A DNA stretch of 32,000 bases, taken from Demequinaceae bacterium (GTDB lineage Bacteria > Actinomycetota > Actinomycetes > Actinomycetales > Demequinaceae). A program made the translations under genes and the position numbers. Where the stretch lies: contig OZ252279.1 in NCBI GenBank assembly GCA_965250005.1, positions 810,001 through 842,000 of the forward strand. Direction: 5' to 3'. The notes below the pieces were generated by a model, which did not search any database, was not told the origin of the DNA, and saw only the letters and a program-made list of their open reading frames with translations. Positions 7,566 to 15,413 of this stretch are shown piece after piece. How positions within the stretch are numbered: the first letter of the stretch is position 1; each line of letters begins with the position of its first letter.

Positions 7566-7924
7566 GAGGCTTCAGTAAGCGGCACTGTGGGGCAGTCTTT
7601 CCATAGCCTCTCGAGCTCGTAGTACGCGCGATCCTCCTGATGCATCACGTGAACCACGAGGTCATTGAAATCAAGAAGCGCCCAGCGACCGCGGCGGACG
7701 CCTTCGCGCCGGAGTGCCTTCGAGCCGCTTTCGGCCAAGTCATCTCCGATGCGCTCGGCGATCGCCGTTACCTGCCGCTCGCTGGACCCCGACGCGATGA
7801 GAAAGACGTCCGCGAGAGCGAGCTGACCGCTCACGTCTAGCGCGATCAGGTTCTCAGCCTTCACATCTGCCGCTGAGCGGGCGGCGGCCACCGTCAACGC
7901 GACCGCGCGCTCGGATGCGGTCAA
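7562..7924 (-). CDS. rsfS: Ribosomal silencing factor RsfS
   Basis: ENLIALDVSGQLALADVFLIASGSSERQVTAIAERI...GRWALLDFNDLVVHVMHQEDRAYYELERLW. I prefer TTG start 7924-7922, which gives (M)TASERAV, close to the mycobacterial N-terminus I recall. It overlaps the upstream stop as TTGA. The track's longer ORF to 8002 has a Cys/Arg-rich, non-protein-like head. Confidence 0.85.
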   Translation of the reverse strand: MTASERAVALTVAAARSAADVKAENLIALDVSGQLALADVFLIASGSSERQVTAIAERIGDDLAESGSKALRREGVRRGRWALLDFNDLVVHVMHQEDRAYYELERLWKDCPTVPLTEAS

Positions 7925-9069
7925 CCGCCTCCCCCCGCAACATTCCAAACGATCAAGCCCAGCACAAAGGCGGCAGCGGCAAGGATGACGATCTGTGGCC
8001 AACCGAAGTGGCTCGCGCCCCCTGCAGGGTGTACTTCCACAACCGGACGCGGAATCGCGCCCGTCCCCGGGGCGCCAACGGCACGCATCCCTCCGGTCGC
8101 TGGACCAGAGTTGAACGCAGGGGGAGACACGGCGCCAGGAGCACCTGCGCCGGGGACCATCGCTCCCGTGGACTGACCCCCTTGAGCCGAAAGCGTCCCA
8201 GGTGTGGCCAGCTGGGGCGCGGAGCCCCCCGGCGCGAACGGGCTAGCTGCCACTTGAGCGACCGGCACAGTCGCAGGCTTTGGTTGCGGCGCCCCTGGGG
8301 GCGCCACCCCATCGGGCGGCGCGGGAGGCGCCCCGGGTACCCCGGGTGGTTCCTGCATCGGGCTCCCGAAAGCCGGGGTGACCTCAGAGAGAGCGGGAAC
8401 CCCCACAGGGGCCTGCTGTCCCCCATCGGCCATGAAAGCGGCCTCCGCCTCGTAGCGATTGCCTCCCGTAGCAGCGGCGTTGACCGCATCTAGCGCGGCG
8501 GCGGCAATACCGGCCACTTCGCCCCCACTTGCGGCCTGGGCGGCTTGCTGCTCTTCAATCTCCGCCTCGGCCGCGAGAGCCTTGTGCTGCAGGGAACCAG
8601 GTGGGAACATCGCTGCTCGTTCCTTCGCTGTGGGCCGCTTAGGTGCGACAGGCGCCTGGGCCTCGGGCTGGGCCGGAACGTACCCCGCGTCATCGCCACC
8701 GACAGGAGACCTCTCAGTGACCATGCCGCCCATCTCGCCGGTAGCGAGCTTCGCGTCTTCCTGCGCGGAAGCGGCCTTCTCACGTGCGATTTGCTCTTGT
8801 TCCACGATGCGCTCCGGCGTCATCGCCGGAGTCCTGCCCGTGTGCCGCATTTCTTCTTCAGCTGTCCACGTCTCCACAGGGTTCTCGAGTCGCTCGAGCC
8901 TGCGGCGTTCGCGGCGAGATAGCCCTGCCCCGTCGGCTTCCGCCTCTACCGCGGCCGAATCTGCCGTCGGCAAAGCCTCGGTGGTGCCCTCTGCGGACTC
9001 CACTGAAGCTGCCCTCTGCTCCGTCTCACGCCGTTCCCGGCGCGAAACCGGGTGTGACGACTCAGTCAT
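7921..9069 (-). CDS. Low-complexity Pro/Ala/Gly-rich protein with a single C-terminal transmembrane helix (hypothetical)
   Basis: ATG 9069 is preceded by GGAGGAG and overlaps the nadD stop by 8 nt. The stop overlaps the rsfS start. The N-terminus is charged, with a duplicated SRRERR motif. A long P/A/G tract follows. The C-terminal helix is WPQIVILAAAAFVLGLIVWNVAG. Confidence 0.7.
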   Translation of the reverse strand: MTESSHPVSRRERRETEQRAASVESAEGTTEALPTADSAAVEAEADGAGLSRRERRRLERLENPVETWTAEEEMRHTGRTPAMTPERIVEQEQIAREKAASAQEDAKLATGEMGGMVTERSPVGGDDAGYVPAQPEAQAPVAPKRPTAKERAAMFPPGSLQHKALAAEAEIEEQQAAQAASGGEVAGIAAAALDAVNAAATGGNRYEAEAAFMADGGQQAPVGVPALSEVTPAFGSPMQEPPGVPGAPPAPPDGVAPPGAPQPKPATVPVAQVAASPFAPGGSAPQLATPGTLSAQGGQSTGAMVPGAGAPGAVSPPAFNSGPATGGMRAVGAPGTGAIPRPVVEVHPAGGASHFGWPQIVILAAAAFVLGLIVWNVAGGGG

Positions 9070-9658
9070 CGGCTCCTCCACGATACAACTTGTGCTCCTG
9101 TATATAATCGGCAACAGCGCCGGGGACTAAATACCGGACCGGCTGGCCGCTCTTGACCCGCGCCCGGACATCCGTCGAGGATACCGGCAAAGCAGGTACC
9201 TCAACCAACGTAGCGCCCGGTGCCCCGGGGGGTAACGAATAGCCGGGCCGAGTCACTCCCACGAATGTCGCCAACGTACGCAAACGCTCCGATTCCTTCC
9301 ACTCGTCGAGACGCTGCAGAGCGTCGACTCCCGCGACAAAATGGATATCGGCACCCGGATACTCCGCGGCGATATCCGTCAGCGTGTCCACCGCGAACGT
9401 GGGCGCGCCGCGCACCACGTCAACGTCCGAGATCTCCAACCGCGGGTCATCTGCAACCGCGAGTCGGGCCATCGCGAGCCTGTGCACAGCCGGAGTAACT
9501 TCTTCCGCGCTCTTGAAGGGTTGCACGTCAGCCGGCACCAGCAGCATTCGGTCGAGCGCGAGCACGGAGTGGACCTCGCTCGCTGCGACCAAGTGACCGA
9601 TGTGTATGGGATCGAACGTGCCGCCGAAAACGCCGATACGGAGGCTTGGTTGCTTCAC
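9062..9658 (-). CDS. nadD: Nicotinate-nucleotide adenylyltransferase
   Basis: IGVFGGTFDPIHIGHL (the HxGH nucleotidyltransferase motif) and a C-terminal ISSTDVR-like VSSTDVRARV. The start codon is GTG. Confidence 0.9.
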   Translation of the reverse strand: MKQPSLRIGVFGGTFDPIHIGHLVAASEVHSVLALDRMLLVPADVQPFKSAEEVTPAVHRLAMARLAVADDPRLEISDVDVVRGAPTFAVDTLTDIAAEYPGADIHFVAGVDALQRLDEWKESERLRTLATFVGVTRPGYSLPPGAPGATLVEVPALPVSSTDVRARVKSGQPVRYLVPGAVADYIQEHKLYRGGADD

Positions 9659-9660
9659 GG

Positions 9661-9816
9661 CTAGTGGCGCGTGCCGACGCTCCGGAACGCGTACACCACA
9701 AGCAGCAGTCCGATAAGGGTGCCGAGCGCGAGCAGACCGTAGGCCTCCGCCGGGATGGGTAGTTCTGCGACGGCGTGTTCGGCGTCGGGTGCGAGTTCAG
9801 TCAGCAGGCGAGTCAC
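9661..9816 (-). CDS. Small (51 aa) single-pass membrane protein, below the ORF-track length cut-off
   Basis: AAAGGAGAAG lies 5 nt before GTG 9816. Hand translation: VTRLLTELAPDAEHAVAELPIPAEAYGLLALGTLIGLLLVVYAFRSVGTRH*. The third codon position is mostly G/C. The stop lies 2 nt before the nadD start. The ORF fills the proA-nadD gap on the same strand. Confidence 0.55.
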   Translation of the reverse strand: MTRLLTELAPDAEHAVAELPIPAEAYGLLALGTLIGLLLVVYAFRSVGTRH

Positions 9817-9870
9817 GGCTTCTCCTTTGTGCGTTGGGCCAATTGTTCCACGTTCGCGGCTATCGCGCTG

Positions 9871-11157
9871 TCACGCGCGAATGTGTCCATCCCCGTACAC
9901 AACCCACTTGGTAGTTGTGAGTTCCGCGAGCCCCATGGGTCCGCGGGCGTGAAGCTTTTGCGTCGAGATGCCGATTTCCGCGCCTAGCCCGAATTCTGCG
10001 CCGTCGGTGAAACGGGTGGACGCGTTCACCATGACAGCCGCGGTGTCCAGTTGGCTCACAAACTTCTCGGCCTCATTGATGTCGTCGGTGACGATCGCCT
10101 CGGTGTGCCCCGTCGTATAGCGCTGTATGTGCTCAATCGCCTCGTCGATGCTGGCGACCACCTTGACGGCCAGGTCGAGCGACAGGTACTCGGTTCCCCA
10201 ATCCGCGTCCGTGGCCTCGACCGTGTCAATGTCCGCTGGCGCGAGCGCACGCGTCTGTGTGTCGGCGTGAAGCGTGACGTCGGCGCCGGACAGCGCAGTC
10301 AGGAGTGCAGGCATCACCCGCTCCGCGGCGTCTTTGTGGACCAGGAGCGTCTCGGCCGCGTTGCATACACCCACGCGTTGAGCCTTGGAGTTGACGGCGA
10401 TGTTGACCGCACGCTCGGTCGGTGCGGACGCATCGACGTACACGTGACAGTTGCCCTCGCCAGTCTCAATCGCAGGCACTGTGGACTCCATCACAACAGT
10501 CTGAATCAGGTCGTGGCCGCCGCGGGGAACAAGGACGTCCACAAGGCCGCGCGCCGTCATCATTACTTTGGCGCCTTCGCGTCCGTAGGCGTCGATGCTC
10601 TGAACCGCGTCGCGGGGAAGGCCGACGCTCTCGAGCGCCTCCTGCAGCACATCAACAATGACCTCGTTCGAGGAGGCCGCAGCAGAGCCGCCACGAAGCA
10701 CGGCGGCGTTGCCCGACTTGAGCGCGAGCCCAGCAGCGTCCACAGTCACGTTGGGACGCGCCTCATAGATCATGCCGACCACGCCCATGGGCACCGACTT
10801 CTGAATGAGTCGCATACCGTTCGGCAACGTGGAACCGCGGCGAACTTCGCCTACGGGATCCGGAAGCGCGGCGAGATCGCGAAGGGCGTCGGCGATCGTA
10901 ACAATTCTGTCGTGCGTGAGTTGCAGCCGATCAAGGAGTCCAGGAGACATGTCATTGTCGCGCCCACGCCGCACGTCGAGAGCGTTGGCGGCGACGATGC
11001 GCTCAGACTGGCCGACGAGGCTGTCCGCCATTGCATGGAGCGCTAGGTCCTTGGTTGCGCGCGTCGCCGTCGCGAGCGCGCGCGAGGCAACCTTGGCACG
11101 AGAGCACGCCTCAAGGACGGCTTTGCGTGTATCTGTGGCCGCGACGGTGTCAGTCAT
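9871..11157 (-). CDS. proA: Glutamate-5-semialdehyde dehydrogenase
   Basis: VLVPRGGHDLIQ...ETGEGNCHVYVD...STRFTDGAEFGLGAEIGISTQKLHARGPMG. ATG 11157 is chosen for a typical N-terminal length. An upstream GTG at 11211 is possible. Confidence 0.9.
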   Translation of the reverse strand: MTDTVAATDTRKAVLEACSRAKVASRALATATRATKDLALHAMADSLVGQSERIVAANALDVRRGRDNDMSPGLLDRLQLTHDRIVTIADALRDLAALPDPVGEVRRGSTLPNGMRLIQKSVPMGVVGMIYEARPNVTVDAAGLALKSGNAAVLRGGSAAASSNEVIVDVLQEALESVGLPRDAVQSIDAYGREGAKVMMTARGLVDVLVPRGGHDLIQTVVMESTVPAIETGEGNCHVYVDASAPTERAVNIAVNSKAQRVGVCNAAETLLVHKDAAERVMPALLTALSGADVTLHADTQTRALAPADIDTVEATDADWGTEYLSLDLAVKVVASIDEAIEHIQRYTTGHTEAIVTDDINEAEKFVSQLDTAAVMVNASTRFTDGAEFGLGAEIGISTQKLHARGPMGLAELTTTKWVVYGDGHIRA

Positions 11158-11261
11158 GGTTCCAGTGTAAGCGCGGGCGGGGGCCGGTAGATGTGTACAC
11201 GGGATCGTCACCCTGCCCGAACGCCTAGTTGAGGCAGCATCAACAGCGCGGCGCAGTGAAT

Positions 11262-12386
11262 TCAGTGTTTGGCGACAACGACAAGGTCATCAATGTGGAC
11301 CAACTCGCGGGCGAACTTCTCGCCCAGCTGCTCGCGCAATTCCTTGGTGCTGAGGCCAAGCATCACCGGGATCTGGTGCGCTGCAAACTTCGCTAGCCCG
11401 CGGGCGAGCAATGTGCCATCGGGCCCAACGAGGTCGACAGGGGCCTCGGCTTCAAACTCGCCGCGCACCGCAGTCACTCCTGCCGACAACAGCGAAGCCT
11501 TCCCGCCCACGACAGCACGGGCGGCACCATCGTCTAGAACGAGCTGCCCGGTGGTCTTGGCTGCGTGCGCGAGCCATTGGAGGCGCGCAGTCGCACGCTT
11601 GCCTGTCGCAGCAAACAAGGTCCCGGCCTCGGCACCCACCACGGCCTGTGCCGCCTTCGCCGCACTCGTGAGCACCACCGTCACGCCAGAGGCGGTCGCG
11701 ATGGCGGCGGCCTCGAGCTTGGTGACCATGCCCCCCGTCCCAAGAGCGTGACCGCGATGAGAGATGTCGATGTCTTCGAGGTCGGCCGCCGTCTGAACGT
11801 GTTTGATTAGCCTCGCGCTCGCGTCGCTCGGTGACGCAGAGTACAGGCCGTCAACATCGGTTAGCAGTATCAGCGCGTCCGCTGCGACCACCGTGGCAAC
11901 CAGGGCGGCGAGCCGATCGTTGTCGCCAAACCTGATCTCGTCGGTGGCGACCGTGTCGTTTTCGTTGACGATTGGCACCACGCCGAGCTCGAGCAGGCGG
12001 TTGAGCGCGCGCTCGGCGTTGCCGTAGTGGCTGCGGCGCATCAAGTCGTCTGCAGACAGCAGCACTTGGCCGGCGCGAATCCCATGCTTGTCAAAGGCGC
12101 GTGCGTACGCGGCGATGAGCATTCCCTGCCCGACCGAGGCCGTAGCCTGCGCCGAGGCGAGATCCTGCGGGCGCTGATCCAGTCCCAACGGCTTGAGTCC
12201 CGCGGCTATTGCGCCGGACGTTACCAGGATCACCTCTTGACCCCGGCCGCGCATGTGGGCGACGACATCAACCAGTGCGGCCAGGTTTTCTTCTGCGAGC
12301 GAGCCGTCGGCGGCGGTGAGGGAAGAGGATCCGACCTTGACGACAACACGACGCGCCTCGGCAACGGCCGTGCGCGTGTCGCTCAT
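11262..12386 (-). CDS. proB: Glutamate 5-kinase (with C-terminal PUA-like region)
   Basis: [10 protein letters not shown]...VTSGAIAAG...[22 protein letters not shown]. The ATG overlaps the obg stop (ATGA). Confidence 0.92.
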   Translation of the reverse strand: MSDTRTAVAEARRVVVKVGSSSLTAADGSLAEENLAALVDVVAHMRGRGQEVILVTSGAIAAGLKPLGLDQRPQDLASAQATASVGQGMLIAAYARAFDKHGIRAGQVLLSADDLMRRSHYGNAERALNRLLELGVVPIVNENDTVATDEIRFGDNDRLAALVATVVAADALILLTDVDGLYSASPSDASARLIKHVQTAADLEDIDISHRGHALGTGGMVTKLEAAAIATASGVTVVLTSAAKAAQAVVGAEAGTLFAATGKRATARLQWLAHAAKTTGQLVLDDGAARAVVGGKASLLSAGVTAVRGEFEAEAPVDLVGPDGTLLARGLAKFAAHQIPVMLGLSTKELREQLGEKFARELVHIDDLVVVAKH

Positions 12387-13948
12387 GAGTCCTCCTGCTG
12401 GTCCGCCTCTACTGGCGATTCGTCGCCGTCAGCGTCGTCCGGTGATACCCAGTGTCCCGCGTCTCGTTCCGTTGACAACTCATCACGCGCCGCAGCCTTG
12501 GCATCCATGCGTTCCAGGTGGCCGCGTCTGCGCTCCTCGCGCGTCTCCCGGCCGGCACGCTCGTGGCTCTCAAGCCTGAGATCCGTGCCGCGCTGTCCCA
12601 ACAACTCCGCGCCCGTGGACATGGTGGGCTCCCAATCGAAGACCACGCCGCCAACGCGCTCTCCTATCACGACTTCCGCGCCGGGCGTCGCCCCTGCCCG
12701 GAACAGGGCGTCCTCGACTCCCAGGCGCGCCAACTTGTCGGCGAGGAACCCGACGGCCTCGTCGTTGTTGAACGCGGTCTGCTTAACCCATCGTTCTGGC
12801 CTAGCGCCGCGTACCTGATAGAAATCCAATTCGCCGTCACGCACGTGCGTGACCGTAAACCCGGCATCGTCCATCGCGGCGGGCCGCAACACCATTGGTG
12901 CCGCCTCGAGGGCGGGAGCTGCCGCCCGAGCCTCGGCAATGAGCGTGGCGAGCGAGAACCCGAGTTCCTTGAGGCCCTCGTGGCTAGCGGCGCTTACTTC
13001 GAAAATGGGGATGCCCAGCGCCTCGAGATCTGGGCGGACGATCGCGGCGAGTTCGCGCCCGTCCGGTACGTCAATCTTGTTGAGGATGACGACCTGCGGC
13101 CGCTCGGCCAAGGGCATGGCGTTGATGTCGGGATCACTTTGGTACGCCGCGAGTTCAGCCTGAATCACCTTGAGGTCGCGAACAGGGTCCCGGTCGTTCT
13201 CGAGCGTCGCCGTGTCCAGCACGTGCGCAATGATGCTGCACCGTTCGATGTGCCGCAGGAAGTCGTGCCCCAGGCCCTTGCCCTCCGAAGCTCCGGCGAT
13301 CAGTCCGGGTACGTCGGCCATAGTGAAGCGCGCGCCGCCCGCGGCGACTACGCCGAGGTTGGGAACCAAGGTGGTGAAGGGATAGTCTGCGATCTTTGGG
13401 CGCACTTTGGACATCGCCGCGATGAGTGAAGACTTGCCCGCGCTGGGATAGCCCACGAGCGCGACGTCGGCGATCGACTTGAGCTCGAGGACAATGGACG
13501 CCTCGTGACCTGGCTCGCCAAGCAGCGCGAATCCGGGCGCCTTGCGCTTGCTTGACGCAAGCGCAGCATTACCCATTCCCCCACGTCCGCCTGCGGCGAC
13601 CACGTACTCGGCGCCGTCGCCAACCAAATCAGCAAGCACATCGCCCTCGATATTCTTGACGATCGTGCCGTTGGGGACGGGGAGGCGCAGGTCCTTGGCT
13701 TTGGAGCCGTGCCTGTTATCGCCCTCGCCCTGCCCGCCGTTCTCCGCCTTGCGATGCGGCGCGTGGTGGAAATCGAGCAGAGTGGTGATCTGTGGGTCGA
13801 CGTAGATCAGGACAGAGCCACCCTGGCCGCCGGTGCCGCCATCGGGGCCTCCGAGAGGCTTGAACTTTTCGCGGTGGACGGATGCGACGCCGTGGCCACC
13901 CGAGCCGCCAGTCGCGTGCATGGTCACGCGGTCAATGAACGAGGTCAT
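12383..13948 (-). CDS. obg: GTPase Obg/CgtA
   Basis: N-terminal [44 protein letters not shown] domain: [21 protein letters not shown]. Acidic C-terminal tail. GGGAGGG lies before ATG 13948. Confidence 0.95.
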   Translation of the reverse strand: MTSFIDRVTMHATGGSGGHGVASVHREKFKPLGGPDGGTGGQGGSVLIYVDPQITTLLDFHHAPHRKAENGGQGEGDNRHGSKAKDLRLPVPNGTIVKNIEGDVLADLVGDGAEYVVAAGGRGGMGNAALASSKRKAPGFALLGEPGHEASIVLELKSIADVALVGYPSAGKSSLIAAMSKVRPKIADYPFTTLVPNLGVVAAGGARFTMADVPGLIAGASEGKGLGHDFLRHIERCSIIAHVLDTATLENDRDPVRDLKVIQAELAAYQSDPDINAMPLAERPQVVILNKIDVPDGRELAAIVRPDLEALGIPIFEVSAASHEGLKELGFSLATLIAEARAAAPALEAAPMVLRPAAMDDAGFTVTHVRDGELDFYQVRGARPERWVKQTAFNNDEAVGFLADKLARLGVEDALFRAGATPGAEVVIGERVGGVVFDWEPTMSTGAELLGQRGTDLRLESHERAGRETREERRRGHLERMDAKAAARDELSTERDAGHWVSPDDADGDESPVEADQQEDS

Positions 13949-14106
13949 CGCACCCTCCCTTCAGTTCCGAGTTCGGCAAACGCGAACGATGCGGCGCGTC
14001 GTCGTGCCATCATCCCAGGCATGGCGGGGACCGGATGACGGCCATAGACTCGCGCCAAGACCCCGAAGAGGTAGCCATGGCAAAGTAAGCCAAGAAGAAG
14101 CCGTCC

Positions 14107-14655
14107 GTGCCGACCGTCAGTAGCGCGCCCAAGGAGAGGAACTGGCTGCCGATCATCGGCATTCCCATTGGGATTCTCCTGCTGATAGTTGTCGTGCTGC
14201 TGGCCGTCCTTGTCACCAAGGACGACGTGCCGCTGACTGAGCCCTCTCCGTCCATCACTCCCGATCCCGCCGTTACGGAGGATGCCGCGCCGAGCGAGAC
14301 GCCGTCGCCAGACCCGGAACCCGAGCCAGAACCAGACCAAGAGCCAGATCCGGGCGCCACATTCGTCGTCTTTCAGGTCTCTGGCGCTCCAGCGATCTGC
14401 GGGAGCGAGAGCGATATTCAGGGAGTCTTCTTCAACTACGCGACGCAGAACGCGGTCGCGGCGTGGATTGGCGTCGATACCAGCACCGGAAACGCGAAGG
14501 GGGAGCCATATGACTCGATCGACCCGGCGACCGGAGACATCGACATGAACTTCGGCTGTAGCGAGGAATCGCACACCTACACGATTACTCTTGAAAACAG
14601 CGACGGCGTACTCACGCACAAGACCACAACGATTACGCGAGTGCTCGCGCCATAG
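14107..14655 (+). CDS. Membrane-anchored hypothetical protein: N-terminal TM helix, Pro/Glu/Asp-rich linker, ~100-aa extracytoplasmic domain with 2 Cys
   Basis: TM helix WLPIIGIPIGILLLIVVVLLAVLV, then the linker PSPDPEPEPEPDQEPDP, then a beta-rich domain. GTG 14107 is the first start after an in-frame TAA. The antisense ORF 13945..14619 is Arg-rich and looks like a shadow ORF. Confidence 0.65.
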   Translation: MPTVSSAPKERNWLPIIGIPIGILLLIVVVLLAVLVTKDDVPLTEPSPSITPDPAVTEDAAPSETPSPDPEPEPEPDQEPDPGATFVVFQVSGAPAICGSESDIQGVFFNYATQNAVAAWIGVDTSTGNAKGEPYDSIDPATGDIDMNFGCSEESHTYTITLENSDGVLTHKTTTITRVLAP

Positions 14656-14672
14656 GCGCAGGCCCGGTGCGG

Positions 14673-14927
14673 CTAAGAAGCTGCGACGATGTCGACGACC
14701 TTGCGGCCGCGACGGCGACCAAACTGGACAGCGCCAGCCTGGAGTGCGAAAAGCGTGTCATCCTTGCCACGGCCAACGCCGAGGCCGGGGTGGAAGTGGG
14801 TTCCGCGCTGACGGACGATAATCTCGCCTGCGTTGACGACCTGGCCGCCAAAGCGTTTGACGCCCAGGTACTGAGCGTTGGAGTCGCGACCGTTGCGCGA
14901 GGAACTTGCGCCCTTTTTGTGTGCCAT
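14673..14927 (-). CDS. rpmA: 50S ribosomal protein L27
   Basis: [29 protein letters not shown]...GTHFHPG. Confidence 0.97.
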   Translation of the reverse strand: MAHKKGASSSRNGRDSNAQYLGVKRFGGQVVNAGEIIVRQRGTHFHPGLGVGRGKDDTLFALQAGAVQFGRRRGRKVVDIVAAS

Positions 14928-14937
14928 TGCGGTTCCC

Positions 14938-15246
14938 TTACTTGATCCCAGTTACCTTCAGGCGCGTGAGATCCTGTCGGTGTCCGATGCGCCTGCGGTA
15001 GCCAGTCTTGTTCTTGTACTTGAGGATGTCGATTTTGGGGCCGCGCTCGTCGCGCACGACCTTTGCGGTCACCTTGATCTTGGCGAGCTCTGCTGACTTG
15101 GTCGTGACCTTGTCGCCGTCCACGAGCAAAAGGGCAGGAAGCTCAACAGTGGCGCCCTCGCTTGCCTGGAGGCGGTCGACAACGACGACGTCACCAACGG
15201 CGACCTTCTCTTGACGGCCGCCGGCCTTAACAATCGCGTACACCAT
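14938..15246 (-). CDS. rplU: 50S ribosomal protein L21
   Basis: [21 protein letters not shown]...[24 protein letters not shown] 15246 lies after AAAGGAA. The upstream part of the track ORF is not protein-like. Confidence 0.95.
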   Translation of the reverse strand: MVYAIVKAGGRQEKVAVGDVVVVDRLQASEGATVELPALLLVDGDKVTTKSAELAKIKVTAKVVRDERGPKIDILKYKNKTGYRRRIGHRQDLTRLKVTGIK

Positions 15247-15377
15247 GATGCTGTTCCTTTTACGTCTACGTGTGTCCCCGTCGCGGCGCAATCCGGTGTG
15301 GATCGCTGCTCTGAGGGGGTGCGGCGCATTCACGCCGACTGCCAAAGATACCTTCCCTGCTACCTGCGGGTCAAACT

Positions 15378-15406
15378 CCGCACGGCGCGCGATGTGCGCG
15401 GTGCGG
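15378..15406 (-). terminator. GC-rich hairpin just after the rne stop; possible I-shaped terminator or processing structure
   Basis: CCGCAC-(GG bulge)-CGCGC-GATGT-GCGCG-GTGCGG gives 11 paired positions. It starts 8 nt downstream of the rne TAA. There is no U-tract. Confidence 0.35.
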
Positions 15407-15413
15407 CACATCA

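Noticed and set aside
7925-8002. A longer RsfS N-terminus (MATDRHPCRCRLCAGLDRLECCGGRR...).
   Set aside because: It is Cys/Arg-rich and unlike RsfS. The TTG at 7924 gives an N-terminus matching the mycobacterial RsfS I recall, and it overlaps the upstream stop (TTGA).
10051-11046. A 331-aa plus-strand ORF.
   Set aside because: It is antisense to proA, whose identity is unambiguous. The product is Arg/His-rich shadow sequence.
12518-13429. A 303-aa plus-strand ORF.
   Set aside because: It is antisense to obg and is a shadow ORF.
13945-14619. A 224-aa minus-strand ORF that would sit in the rpmA-obg gap on the same strand as its neighbours.
   Set aside because: The product is Arg/Trp-rich and low in Lys, Glu and Asp, which is the typical wrong-frame signature in high-GC DNA. 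The plus-strand ORF has a clean TM helix, linker and domain architecture.
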